DNA from: Camelus dromedarius
Lineage: Eukaryota
Length of the DNA stretch: 64,000 bases
NCBI RefSeq assembly: GCF_036321535.1
Contig: NC_087437.1
Span: forward strand, 45,324,001-45,388,000
Direction: 5' to 3'
Of the stretch, positions 50,200 to 63,101 are shown in pieces (position 1 is the first letter of the stretch; each line of letters starts with the position of its first letter). The position numbers and the translations under genes were made by a program. Below the pieces are notes generated by a model. The model saw only the letters and a program-made list of their open reading frames with translations, was not told the origin of the DNA and made no database searches.

Positions 50200-51105
50200 A
50201 TCAGACATTTGCCCAAGAGTCTTCAAATATAACAGAAAAGTTGAGCACGACTTCTCACATTGCTTTTCCCATGAGAAGGATGTGTCCTGGCTAGCCTACT
50301 GATATAAGGAGAATGAGAGACAGCAGACTGGTACCCAACTTGCCTTGGACCAAGTAAAGTCAAGCACAGATTTTGTCAACAGACTCTCAGACAACTCACA
50401 AGAATACATGATTGTTTCTTAAGTCACTAAGTTTTGTGGTGGTTATACAACATTTTTGAGGCAAAAGTAACCAACTGATTAGAAGTGGGTTATTGCTGTA
50501 ACAAAAACTGAAAATATGCAGCAATGGATTTAGGACCAGCTAACAATCAACAAGAAAACGATTATAGGAGACTGGAAAAATGGTGGGAACTGTGGTGAAA
50601 AGCTGAAAAAGTGACCATAGTATTGGAATAACATTTGGTGAAAACATCATAGATACTATGTGAAAGGTAGAATATGTATGTAATAAACTTGTAGAGTTGG
50701 GGAGAACTTCAGACAAGATGTAAGAAGCATGAACTGCTTAGTTTTTGTTTGTTTTAACCAGCTTCATTTGATAAGAAATTTCAAGAGATGTGATAAGGAA
50801 ACTAGCCAGATTGTAAGCAAAAATTGGCAGACATATATAAAACCAACTAATTCCAGGGTTGAAAGATCAAGTTATTTTCTATCAAATCAAAGATGTGACC
50901 ATTACACTTTGGCTCTATGGAAAGGGCTAAATCCAGGGCTTTGCAAGTAAAATAAGGTTTCAAGGTAAAAACCAAAGGTGGAGCTGTAATACCCTTTTGT
51001 TCTTTACAAGCTCTTAAGCTTGTCATGATTCTTAGTTTGGTAGGATGGCTCAAAACATCATTCATGAAATACCCGTGTCATTAGTGGCCTTATCCTTATT
51101 GGGCT
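50200..51105 (+). mobile_element. MLT1 (G/H-like) LTR plus MLT1 internal sequence
   Basis: LTR end TTAAGTCACTAAGTTTTGTGGTGGTTATACAACATTTTTGAGGCAAAAG, then internal AGAAGTGGGTTATTGCTGTAACAAAAACTGAAAATATG. Confidence 0.75.
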
Positions 51106-51428
51106 TGAAGACATATTTAACATTATTTAAAAAACAAAATGGAGCTGGGTGGCCATTGTGGACATGTTTTCAGACACATTCCTGCATCCCTGAGAGCCTG
51201 AATTTTCTGAACTGTATCAAACTCAGGGACACCACTAGCCATTTTCAAAGCAATATCTGCTAGCAGCTGCTAGCTGCAGTTTATGGTTTCAAAGTACACC
51301 CTCTTTTGCAACTATGGAATCATTTCAAACCCCAAGCAATCCTTGCTTAACACGCACCCTTGCTTCTTGCCAGTTTCAATCCTAATTCTTGACAGACAAT
51401 TTACGTAATCTTACAGTTTTGCTTTGTG

Positions 51429-51461
<33 letters not shown>

Positions 51462-51611
51462 CTTTATAAGCCTCCCCATTTTGTAGTCCAGTGGAACACA
51501 ATTCTTTAACTGCTTCTTGAATCTGTGTCTTCTGGGCTACAGTCCTAACAAACCCCAAATAAATACTTCTTTATTTCAATCAGGTCACCATTTCTGAAGT
51601 GCTGGTTAACA
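51106..51611 (+). mobile_element. ERV1 solo LTR (MER34/MER4-group-like) with a 29-T expansion
   Basis: TGAAG...TTAACA termini; TSD GGCT/AGCT; TATAAG box; CTGGGCTACAGTCCTAACAAACCCCAAATAAA. Confidence 0.78.
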
Positions 51612-51655
51612 AGCTGCTCTAGCTCGTCATTCATTGTCACAAGAGACATGGGAGT

Positions 51656-51885
51656 TGTGTTAGTTGCTTAGGGTTGTCACAATAAATTACCAAAGGTTGG
51701 ATGGCCTAAAACAATAAGAATTCATTCTCTCACAGTCCTGGATGCTAAAAGTATAACATCAAGGTACTGTGAGGGCCCACCCTTCCTCCAAAGTCTCCAG
51801 GAAAGAATCTTCCCTCGCTTCTTCCTAGCTTGTGGTAGCTCCTGGTATTCCTTAGCATTCCTTGGCTTGTCTCAGCATCACCCAA
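51656..51885 (-). mobile_element. MLT1C-like MaLR LTR (truncated)
   Basis: TGTGTTAGTTGCTTAGGGTTGTCACAATAAATTACC...ATTCTCTCACAGTCCTGGA. Confidence 0.85.
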
Positions 51886-51889
51886 AGGC

Positions 51890-52110
51890 ACAGAATTGAA
51901 GAACAGCTGGTTGTGTGCCAACAGCTTGGCATTTCTGGATCATAAAACCCGTAGAAGGGGCTGACGAGAGATATTGCTGGAGAGCTGGCAGCAGCCAGAG
52001 AACAGGGCTCCTTGCTTGCCAAATTAGAGCAGCGTGGACTTTCTCTTTGAGACCATGGAGAGTTATAGAATGATTTTAAGCAGAACAGTGTGACCTAATT
52101 GTTCTATTTA
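51890..52110 (-). mobile_element. L2 fragment
   Basis: GTGGACTTTCTCTTTGAGACCATGGAGAGTTATAGAATGATTTTAAGCAGAACAGTG. Confidence 0.6.
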
Positions 52111-53814
52111 GCCAATAAAATACGCTTACAAACATGATGACAACCCCTACGCATCCCAACTCGGCTTATTTCCCTTTATCTCTCTGTGAAATAAGCATGC
52201 TCCGTGGGCTTGCACAATCCAGGTCACACTCTGCTTTTGATTAATGAATACATCAGATGGAAGTTTTACTGTTCTGACCAAAAGGCGCTGTATCTTACTT
52301 ACTCTATCCTGCCAGAAAGGAAAAATATATAATAATCTAAACAAGATTACGCAATCTTTATCTACAGTATTTTTCCTCATATCAAAGTCACCTTTATTCC
52401 ACCAGCTCCTCTTTTCTTATGTGTTTGTACACTAATTGCTTTATACTTGCTGTTTCCTGATTTTTCCATGTATTCAAGGTTAAGCCTGCACATCAATGAG
52501 TTTGCATTACCAGCCTAGAGAAGTCTTTTGATTATGCTTGTTAAATTCAAAGAACAAATTCACTGAGTTACTGAAGAGTCAAATCACCTTCTATTTTGCA
52601 ACAAAATTTACATTACAAATACAAGTAAAAAATCACAAATCTATTTCTACACGTTGCAACTCGACAATGTCAGTTTTTTACTCCTGTGAAGAAGGATGAA
52701 TCACACACCAGAATAGAATTGTTAAAATATTCCTTTTCTGACTCTCCATCAGGCTCAATGCAGGTGCAATTGGTCTCTTGTGTTCTCAGAAAAAAGAAGC
52801 GAGTGGCCAATTAAAGTGGGAATGAGCTCGCTGAATGGTCAATTTTTGGCAGGCATTAAGTTGCAGATGTAAAAAACTGGCTCTAATCTACTCAGAAAAC
52901 CATGGAATACACAGGGAGGTAAACAGGAGAGGACACCTTGATATTGGTTTGGTCTCTTATAACTACCAAGAGAGGAAATAAAGCCAGCAAATTTCTCACT
53001 CACAGAAATATTTGTATAAATCCATCGCTTTCAAAAAGTTTTATTTTCTTTAATATTATCAATGAGTATGATCACCTCTTCTGGCTATACATATACTTTA
53101 GTAACAAAATCACAAAACAAACAAACCAAAAAAAAAAAAAAAAACCCCACAAAAAAAAATCCAGGGATATAGACAAATATTTGGTCTACTCAGCAGGAAA
53201 GAATCCATTTGACAGAGCTGTTGTAGAATTCCAGAGTGTTGAAATTATAACAGCAAGCCTTTTGACAGGATACAACTTTAACCTTCCTTCTTTAGCAATA
53301 ACAATATTCAGGCATCTTTCTTGTGTAGTTGAGTACCCATTCTGGTAAAAGATTGTGTGTATGTGTGTTTGGAAATTTGGAGAATCATACTGACATCCAT
53401 CATACTGACATCCATAATAAGACTGGTCCAAAAAATCCTACTTTACTTTCTGGCCTATTTTAAACATTATTCTCATTTTTAACAATATCTGAACCCAGAA
53501 ATCTATTAAAAGGTTTTGTTTAATACTAGAGATTGAGAATTGGAAATCCTCTAAAATCTTACTTGGAGCCTCCAAGAATTAAGAACCAGTTGAATATAAA
53601 AAAATGAAGCAAAGATCTAAGCACCCATCACAGCAATTAGGGGAAAAATCCTTAGGTCAAAGGGCTCTAGCTCTTAAGTGAGCAAGCTTATATACGCACA
53701 CAAACACACAATGAATCAGGGCACCTCTTTTTTAGAATGATTTAATTCTTCTAGTCGCTGATAGCATTCCAGCACAAAGCAAATATCTCTTTCAATCCTT
53801 GCAATATAAAAAGA

Positions 53815-53985
53815 TCTAACTGTGAATCAGAATCGTGCCTTTGAATTCCAGCCCTATTTAATTCTGTGACCTCGTGCCAATCACATCACTTCTTTACATC
53901 TCAGTTTCCTCATTTGTACAATTAATGGATTGGACTCAATGGTTCTGAAAGCTCCATCCACCTGTTGCATTCAATGATTCCACAC
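53815..53985 (+). mobile_element. MIR3-like SINE
   Basis: CTGTGACCTCGTGCCAATCAC...TCTCAGTTTCCTCATTTGTACAA...GGATTGGACT. Confidence 0.75.
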
Positions 53986-54179
53986 TCAGCCTAAAGGGGC
54001 AGATGTGCCTTCCCTATGACTACATTATGCTAATGGTTTACTTTTTTTGCAGCAAATGATGTACTCAAGAACACCACAGGGTGGTTTTATTAAAAAAGAA
54101 AAACTAACCTAACTTTTGATCAAACTCACCATGCAAATATTAATTAAAGCAATATTTTATTGAATCAAAAAACATTCAT

Positions 54180-54760
54180 TCCAACTACTCATTCAATGCC
54201 TGATGTCACTATAGAGCCCCCTTGCAAGTGAATGCAAATACTTACATACCCGCCCACTGATCCAGTGTGCCACCCTGCAGAGACAGCCTTCCTTCCTCAG
54301 ACAATTTGAACTCAACATTTTCCTTCTGTTGAGCTGAAACTTAACTCCCTATGGCTTCTACTCATGTTTCCTAACTCTAATCTTTTGGAGGGCTATCCAT
54401 AATGAGTTTAATCCCTCTTCTCCATGACAACTCTTAAAATATTTGAAGATAGCAATCATATCTTCTCTAATCTATCTCAGTCCTCTCAACTACTCCTAAT
54501 GTGAGCATTTCGTACCCTCTTATCGCTGTTTCTATCCCAATTAATGTGCGGGTCCAAGCACAAAATGCTAAGTGCCAAGAAAGCTGGTTTTTTTTGCCAT
54601 TCTTGTAGACAAATTATTATAAAAGATTAACAGAAACCACATCCCACTATTTATTCATGTGGAGTTTACAATGGACTAAGTTAAAATCTTCTTAAATATA
54701 TTCCTGTTGAGCCAAATTTCTTCCTTTCCATATTTGTAAAATCGGTAAAAAATGGAAAAG
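54180..54760 (-). mobile_element. CR1/L3 LINE remnant
   Basis: TTCCTTCTGTTGAGCTGAAAC ... ATCCCTCTTCTCCATGACAACTCTTAAAATATTTGAAGATAGC, typical of L3. Confidence 0.7.
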
Positions 54761-56694
54761 AAGCATAAACCAGAAGTAAAGAGTTTTCCAATGATGAAAC
54801 TCTCATCTCTGGTTCATGCTATGTGATATCTGGGGAGATTTAAAAATGATAATGTTTGCATGTCATCATGGATGTGTATTCTGCTCTTTAGAATCTCCTC
54901 CCTTTTTTTAACTGAAAAACTAAGAATTCGTCAGTGTACACTTCCAACATATAGCACTTTCTTTTTCAACTCGGTGCACATGCAATATAAAAGAGTAAGC
55001 AAATTAGAAACAAATGCCCAGTTTTAGCTCGATGTCACACCAGGTCTGAAGCTTTCATGGAAGATAATGGCACATTACCCAATGACACACACAAAAGGTG
55101 TTGACGCTTTGGTCACTGGGAACAAAACACAATAGCATTTTCTCTTTGAAAGGCAGAAAAACATGACAGTCTTAGTAGTTGATGAAACATGACTGTCTTT
55201 TTTCTGCACAGAAATATACTCAGCCATAGTGCTGACTATGAGAACTTTGACGGTACAGTCCCGGGGCCTTTGATGTGGTCGAGCAGTTACACCTCCATGA
55301 CACAAAGAAAGGGTGCGTTACTTTGTCAACCATTCACCACCAAAAAAAAAAAAAAAAAGTGGTATACAAGTAAATAACTCCAACTAAGAGGCATTGATAA
55401 AATTCTCTTGTATGGTCATGAAATTTAAAAATCAGTGTGTTTTTTAACTCTTTCTTTAAAAGGCAAACAATGTTTAGCTGAAAAGAAAGTGTTATAACTA
55501 TTGAGTCTGACATTTAAGACACACGAGTCTAACTTTCTGAACTCAGATGAGAAGCATTCAGTATGTGGCATATATCCTAATCACAAGGAAGCAGCCAAAA
55601 CAAGGTTTATTTCATCTAATTTGCTAACTGAGTTATTGTGATAGCAAGAAAGGCAGACTCAGAGCAGTTGCTTTTTTCTAATACGTATACCCAGTGTTTT
55701 GTTTATTTCACATAAGTCACCTTAATTATAAGGATGATCAGGGGCATGACTGCTCTCCAAACACACACTGTTCTCGAGTCCTGACCTTGGTGAAACCTAC
55801 CCTGAACTCCTTTTATGAGATGAGTTTCCTGTAACCTTGCTCAATGAGACAAACTGTGAATCCTCACCCCTTGGAGAGTTGTGAAAACCCCTTCTGGAAA
55901 TTGTATTTTTATCCTCCTCTGCTTCCTAACAAGGGAGCAACTCAGGTCAAAGTGATGAACTTCTTAAACCACTCGAAGTGAGTCTGACCATAGCTCAAAT
56001 CTGAAAAGCCTCCTGTGTCACCACCTACAATGAATATTCTTAGAGGTGATCAGTTTGGAGTGCCAAGGTCAGTATCTTGTGACCTCCTCCATTTCTCTTT
56101 AATTCTTTTCTTTCTCCAGTGGTGGGATAGAGGCAGCAAAACTCCCTGAACGACCTCATGATGGCAGCCATCCCAGACACCCTCCAGGAAGAAGACAGTT
56201 CTCCTGGCTGCAGGGAGCCTGTCATCCCACACCTGCAGGGATCTTATCTTCCAAGGTTGCCAAACCTGCCTGGGGACGGGCCCTAGTCACCCGAGGCTTA
56301 CTTGCAAACAATCCTAGGACCTTCCATTCGGCTGCAACTATCGTGATGACCAATTAATCCACTGAACGCTGGTCCTGATCACCTCTGAGTTACCAAATCA
56401 AGAGAGAGATCTTTGATGATTAATAAGACGATTGTTCTCCTGACTTAGGGCCTATATAAGAAGTGCCTAAGACTCAAATTGCAGTACAGTGTAGTTCAGT
56501 AGGTTTAGGTGGACTGGCTCTCCATGGCTGTTTTGTGAGGGCAAAAGGCTAAAGACAATGGTAGAGTATTTGTACACAGAGGACTGCAATTAATGCCTTG
56601 CACACTGCATGGAGAGACTAGGATTGTGTGCTGCTCATTTGTGGGGAGAGAATATAATTAATAAAATACCTTGGAAAATGAGAAAGGCCAAATT

Positions 56695-56915
56695 CCTTAT
56701 GGTGAAGAAAATAGACTTTAAAGCCAAAATACACGGACTTGAAACCCAGCTAGACCTCCTTCCCAGCTGCTTGAATTTGGGCAAATTATTTAAGCTTGCT
56801 TTGCCATAATTTCATTGTCTATCAAATGAGGATAACACTGGCATAAGTGTAATAGCTAAAGAGATAAAATTCTCCAACAAAGTCCTAGTTAGCACTTGGT
56901 AAAATGTTACCTAAT
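56695..56915 (+). mobile_element. MIR SINE
   Basis: TTGAAACCCAGC...TTGGGCAAATTATTTAA...TCTATCAAATGAGGATAAC. Confidence 0.7.
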
Positions 56916-57317
56916 ATATAAAATAGCTACAAAGGAAGGCCAAAGTAAAATTGCAAATTGGATGTAGTGTTCGCTAGGTTAAATTTCAACAGAGCTATAA
57001 AACCATATTACCTTTGAAGTTGATATATCTCCAGCGCTATTAAAGGATAGGAACTTATTCATTTCTGCAGGTCAACTTCTAACCTGAAAGGCCATAAACT
57101 GCCTGTACATTTATCAGTCATTGATTGTCAGCCAAAGTCACAGCCTCTGCGTGTGTCAGACGATACTCAGATGGGCTCACTGGAAAATGATCTAGCATGA
57201 ACTTTAAAAAATCAAGAAATAATCATTTTGCCCTGTCTCCAAGTTTGGAGTATATAATTTTTAGCAGCTTTGCCATACGTTTTATGTCAGTTCATATATG
57301 TAAAGCACTTAGGAAAA

Positions 57318-57590
57318 AGGGGGTGGGAAGGGATAAACTGGGAGTTCGAGATTGGCAGATACTAACTACTATATGTAAAGCAGATAAACAACAAGTTTCT
57401 TCTGCTACAGCACAGGGAAATACATTCAATATCTTGTAGTAACCTCTGGTGAAAAAGAATATGAAAATGAATATATGTACATGCATGTATTACTGAATCA
57501 TCATGCTGTACACCAGAAATTGAAACGACAATGTAAACTGACTATACTTCAATAACTAAATAAATAAAGTGAAAAAACATAAAATAAAAT
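57318..57590 (+). mobile_element. Young cetartiodactyl/camelid L1 3' end
   Basis: GGGTGGGAAGGGATAAACTGGGAGTTCGAGATT...GTAAACTGACTATACTTCAATAA plus A-rich tail; homologous to 62830-63065. Confidence 0.92.
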
Positions 57591-59469
57591 AGCTACTACC
57601 GTAGGCAGTAGCAAAAAGATATGGCCTGTGGAATCTCTGTGATATTCTAAAAGGGCTTACAGCATTTGCCTGCAATAATTCTTCAGGGACACCATGGGGC
57701 TGGCTTAGTTGTGGACCCATTCCATAAGAAGGCTTTTGATCCAGAAATGACATCTTTCATGTTCTGAGAAATTCAGACAACAGTTTAGAGATAATGCTTG
57801 TGCTAAGGTCTTATTACAACTATTGTATGTATACAATTCGATTCTAAAAGGCCACTGAAAAAGAATGTCCACACTTCTCTGGAAGTATTAGTCTTTCTTA
57901 ATAGAGGCTCCCAGAGGAAGAAAATCAAGTGGCAACATAGAAAAAAGAAATGTTCAAACCAATTTGAATGCCTTAATAGGACAGTCACTTATATTTGGGG
58001 ACAAAAGTGTTAAGTATTTTACTTTTTTATTTCCAAAATATCTGGGCATTATTATACAGGCATATTTCTCTTATTTTTTCCTACCTACTGTGTAAACTTA
58101 GAAAGAAAATATAGATATTTACAAAGTCATTCTATATTCATAATCCATTAAAACAACATATTCTATTAGAAAGATTCTTCTTGCTATCAAAATTCCAAAA
58201 TCTGCCTTACATCAAACAATCTTAAAGATGGTATTTGTTTAATATTGGAAAAGGATTATGCCACAACCACTTAATCAAAGTCTTGTTTACTGTCAGTATC
58301 TATTCAATTTTGCATGTCCCCAGCTTGATGGAAACTAACTACCTCACAGCACTCCATAAATATTTATACTGTAATCCATTATTGATATATTCCAAACATT
58401 TTACTATAGCTTGCTAATGGCTGCAACTTGACATTTCTGGGTGGAGCTGAACCATTATTTTAATTTTGTTTCCATAAGAGATGCTTTGCACACATTAGAA
58501 AAAAATGCCAATGCTGGTGTTTGAGTCAGTCACTACCAGCATGAAACAAAGGCAAAGTATCTAAATCAAGACTTGAAAATAAATCCAAAAACTGGGCACA
58601 AGAAATTCAATTTCCCTACTAGGTTAAAATCTCTCTCCACTCATTGGTACTGTGACCTCTTATATACAATGTCACTCTAATCTAAGAAATATTTCTAAAT
58701 CCCCACTTTATAGATAGAGACACTGAATGGTTCCGAGAGGCAGAGTGACCTGTGTAAACCAGGGCTTTTGCCTCCAGTGCATTTAATGCCCATAACTTGG
58801 CCTTTACCACAAGAGTGTCTTCTTTGTTGGTATTCCTTGCCTTATACATATGCTAAATGCCTCACCTACCCCACATATATAAATTATACAAATTTATCCT
58901 TGTCTACCACCTAAAATGAGGTCATCTGAAAATGTATCTAGTGTTTGAGTTTGTTTTGGTCTCTACTGCAACTGTTTTCTGATTCAGATTGTCAATTCAC
59001 TGGACCAGGGTTAATACATCTGAAAAGCAAGGTAAGTAGTTTTCAGTATCAAGAGAGTAAATAATGGATAAAGATAAGGCCAAGTCAGGAAGCAGCCTGC
59101 TCAGGACATGGAAGCAGCAACATGGGAACCAGGCTTACAGGTGTTTAAATCCTAAACCTGCCCTTTACTTGTGTGCGATATTCAAAAAATGAGCCTCGCT
59201 AAGCATCAGGGCGTAATGAGATCATGTAATAAAACTGCTTAGTATAAGCACACTACAGAATAAATTTTAATAAATTAAATGGTCAATTCTCACATCAAAA
59301 AATAAATCTCTGTATCATATTTAGCATTTATAACAAATAGATAAAAAATTCTCTATTCAAAAAACAGAGATTTTTGTAGCATCATTACTAATGACAGGTA
59401 CACCGCCTCATGCAAACAGGTGTGGTAAAAGCTGATCAGGGATGCTAACAAGTCTTCCTCACATATGCA

Positions 59470-59690
59470 TAGTCCTTCATAAAGCACAGTTACCTTCATT
59501 TCCTCATTTGATGCACTCAAGAAGCTCTGTGAGTTAGTTTATTATGTATCATCACCATCCTTTCCATACTGAAAATGAACAAACTGAGTTTAGAAGAGGC
59601 AAAGTAACAGGCTCAAATGACAGGTTTAGGATTAAAACACCACCCAATGAAATGCAGATGAAGGGACCCATGTTCTTTCTTTCCATTAAG
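59470..59690 (-). mobile_element. MIR SINE (degenerate)
   Basis: TTTCCTCATTTGATGCACTCAAG...AAATGAACAAACTGAGTTTAGAAG. Confidence 0.6.
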
Positions 59691-61862
59691 TCAACATGTT
59701 TCTCACCTTCCTAATTTTTGAGAGCGCCAGATGTGCAACCTGACATGAACCTGACATGAAAAAAATCATCAGTCAATTTTTTTTAAAGCTTCCTCAATCT
59801 CATCATGCTAACTGATTTCAACAGAATTCACCTCAAACAGAATTTCGAAAGGAGGGAGAAGAATTAATAGGAGGAAATCAAGGTATCTTTTGCCAGCCTA
59901 TGACAAAACAGTTTAATGTAATAATTAAATATACTAATTGGTTCCTCTGTCAACCTCACTACCACATTTCCAGTTATTTTTTTAAGACTACTAAAATGGA
60001 GTTGTAGACATCTGTGTGAAGGATAGATTCTCAATTCACAATAGTATAATTAAGATGCAACAGGACTGAAAAGAAATGAGAACTAGCCCCTTTAGCTAGT
60101 TGACAAGATGCAAAGTGGAAATACAATGACGCAGAACCAGCAAACCTGTTCTACCCCATTCATCCTCTCTTAGTTGATATCTATTCAGTCAGACTTTCTC
60201 GCACCATTTAAAGCTTTAATGGCGTGTACGGTTATATGTGACTCCTCTCCAGATTCTCAATCTGCAGCAATCATCTGCTAGCATCTCTAAATCCTCACAA
60301 GTCTAGCTTTTGTTTTCCACCTAATACATGGCCAGTCTCACACATTACAAAGGCCATAAATCCAATCACATTCTTTTAGAGAAATCAGGGGACCCGAGTC
60401 TAAGTTCTGACTTTGCGTGGACCAGATGCACATTCAGTGATGTGCTTTCTGCTACCACGTTTCCTCAGAGTAAAGGAATGAGGACACAGAAACTTTCACA
60501 AGTGGTGCTACTGAATGTTGCATTGGTACCTGCAGAGTATTGGTCTTGGCCATAATTAAGGTGTCTTGCTTAAATGTTCCTTATTTGATAAGCTCCATCC
60601 TTTTACTCCTACTTTTAATCTACCAGAAATGAACAAAAGATCAGAAGAGAGGTCACGACCGAAGGGAAAAGAAAAACAGGAATAAAAGAGAACATATGTC
60701 ATGTTTGTATCTTGCCCAATAATAGGCAAACAATTTAAAAGAGCAAAACAATAAAATAAAATTATGAAGAAAGGGCAGAAAGTCCAAACAAATTTTTTTA
60801 TAACACAGTAATGGTCAAAAGCAGTACTCAAAACAGCATGGGTATTTTACCTGTGTGTGTGGATGGACAGAGAGAGACAGAGAAAGAGAGAGAGAGAAAG
60901 AAACAGAGCCAAAACTAGAATGGAGTAAGGCAAAATAAAATGAGGATATTATGATTATAGGTAAACTTACTCAATCTCAAAGGCTGTTTATTGTCACAAC
61001 TTATGCTAACTAAAATTAACGTTGCTCCTGCAGAAATGTTTTTAAAAATCTTTTTTCTTGAAGGGGAAGAACTACTATATAAGGAAATTTCTTGATGATT
61101 TAGATAATCATCCATAAAAACATTATCTTCCTGTGCTTATCATTATCAAAAGCCTGAGGACGAGTTAAAAGAACAAAGCTAAAAAAAACTTTCCATATTT
61201 GTTAAAACATAATTTATGATAAGTATAGTCTAGCTCCATAGACTGTTTTTCTGAAAAAAAAAGAAGTCATCTTGCTAGAAGATAAGAAACATCTTCCAGT
61301 GATGACTGGTGAGTCACGAACAAAAGGTTCTCAAAATTTCAACACATAAAGTTTAATCACTGGAAGGGAAAGAACACAAGCCTAACATAAGGAAACAAAA
61401 TGCTGATGAAATGCCCACAGTTTTAAAATGCTGAGTGATTTGACCTGGGATGATATAGAAAGCAGCTAGTACATTTACATGGCAGGTAATGAAAAACAAA
61501 AGTAAACAATTATTTGGAATCTTTCGGCAGATGCTTTAAAATCACTGCCTGTGTAATTACAAAAGAGAAATGTATCCTGAAAAAAAAAAAAAAGAAAAAA
61601 AAAACTTTGAACTTCTGAGATGTATTTAAATCTGAGAAGAATGACTCACTCACTGGAGGTTCCTATCAAAAGTTTTTTAGTTTTGTTTTGTTTTTTGTTT
61701 TAATTTAATTGCCAAGGAGGATTACCAAAGAGAAAAAAAACTGCCAAACAATAATTCAGCTATTTCTCATCTTTTTACCTAATATACAATCTCCACTCAG
61801 TTCTATATGTCAAATGTTACCCTTCCTTTAAAATTCAACTCAAGTCCCACCTCTCTGATCAG

Positions 61863-61892
61863 ACACACATACACACACACACACACACACAC
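61863..61892. repeat. (AC)n microsatellite
   Basis: ACACACATACACAC... run. Confidence 0.95.
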
Positions 61893-62457
61893 GTCTTTCC
61901 TCTAAACTTCTGTTGCTTTTACTGTCTTTATGCATGTAGAGTATTTCCTTGCACTATTAAGTAAAAGTGTGTAGGTGACCTATGACATACTGAAGCCTCT
62001 GTTAGTCCCAAGCAGCATCTTCTATATCTTTATATTTCCCTGGTCCCTTGTACAAAGTAGTAAGTAGTCTGAAGTAGTCTGCAGGAGAAGAAAATAGAGA
62101 TGCTAGATCACCAGAATTTAAACAAAAATCTGAATATCTGAACTTGAGAAAGTCATTTAAACTCTGGAACTCAAAACAGAATATTAATGTTAGTTTTCCT
62201 AGCAAACTTAGCCCATGGTGGTGTTGTGAAGATAAATTAGGTAATATCTATGAACTGATTTATAAACTATTAAAAAAAAGGTATAGTTTATACTGGAATC
62301 TCTACATATTCTAATACTGTAGAGAAAAAGAAAAAGAAAAACAAAAACAAAAACCTCTGGCTACAGAGCCAAATAGACATGCATTCTAATTCTGGCTTCT
62401 GCCCTGACTAGAGGAGTCCTCTTCCAACCATATCATCATGTATAAAATTGTGACAAT

Positions 62458-63101
62458 TCCTAGGTATATATCCAGAGGGAACCTTAATTCAAAAAGATAC
62501 ATGCACCCCCAATGTTCATAGCAGCACTATTTACAATAGCCAAGACATGGAAACAACCTAAATGTCCATTGACAGATGACTGGATAAAGAAGCTGTGGTA
62601 TATTTATACAATGGAATACTACTCAGCCATTAAAAGAATAAAATAATGCCATTTGCAGCAACACGGATGGACCTGGAGATTGTCATTCTAAGTGAAGTAA
62701 GCCAGAAAGAGAAAGAAAAATACCCTATGATATCACTTATATGTGGAATCTAAAAAAAAGACAAACGAACTTATTTACAAAACAGAAACAGACTCACAGA
62801 CATAGAAACAAACTTATGGTTCCCAGGGAGGTGGGAAGGGATAAATTGGGAGTTCAAGATTTGTAGATACTACTAATACATATAAAATATATAAACAACA
62901 AGTTCATACTATATAGCACAGGGAACTCGATTCAATATCTTGTAATAACTTATGGTGAAAAATAATATGAAAATGAATATATGATATATGTATGTTCATA
63001 TATGACTGAAGCATTATGCTGTACACCAGAAATTGACACACTGTAAACTGACTATACTTCAATTAAAATATATATATATATTATATATATAAAAAGACAA
63101 A
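62458..63101 (+). mobile_element. Young 5'-truncated camelid L1 inserted into a MIR
   Basis: ORF2 end and 3'UTR with little decay; ~14-bp TSD AAAATTGTGACAAT (62444-57) / AAATTTGTGATAAT (63102-15); MIR halves at about 62355-62457 and 63102-63200. Confidence 0.93.
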
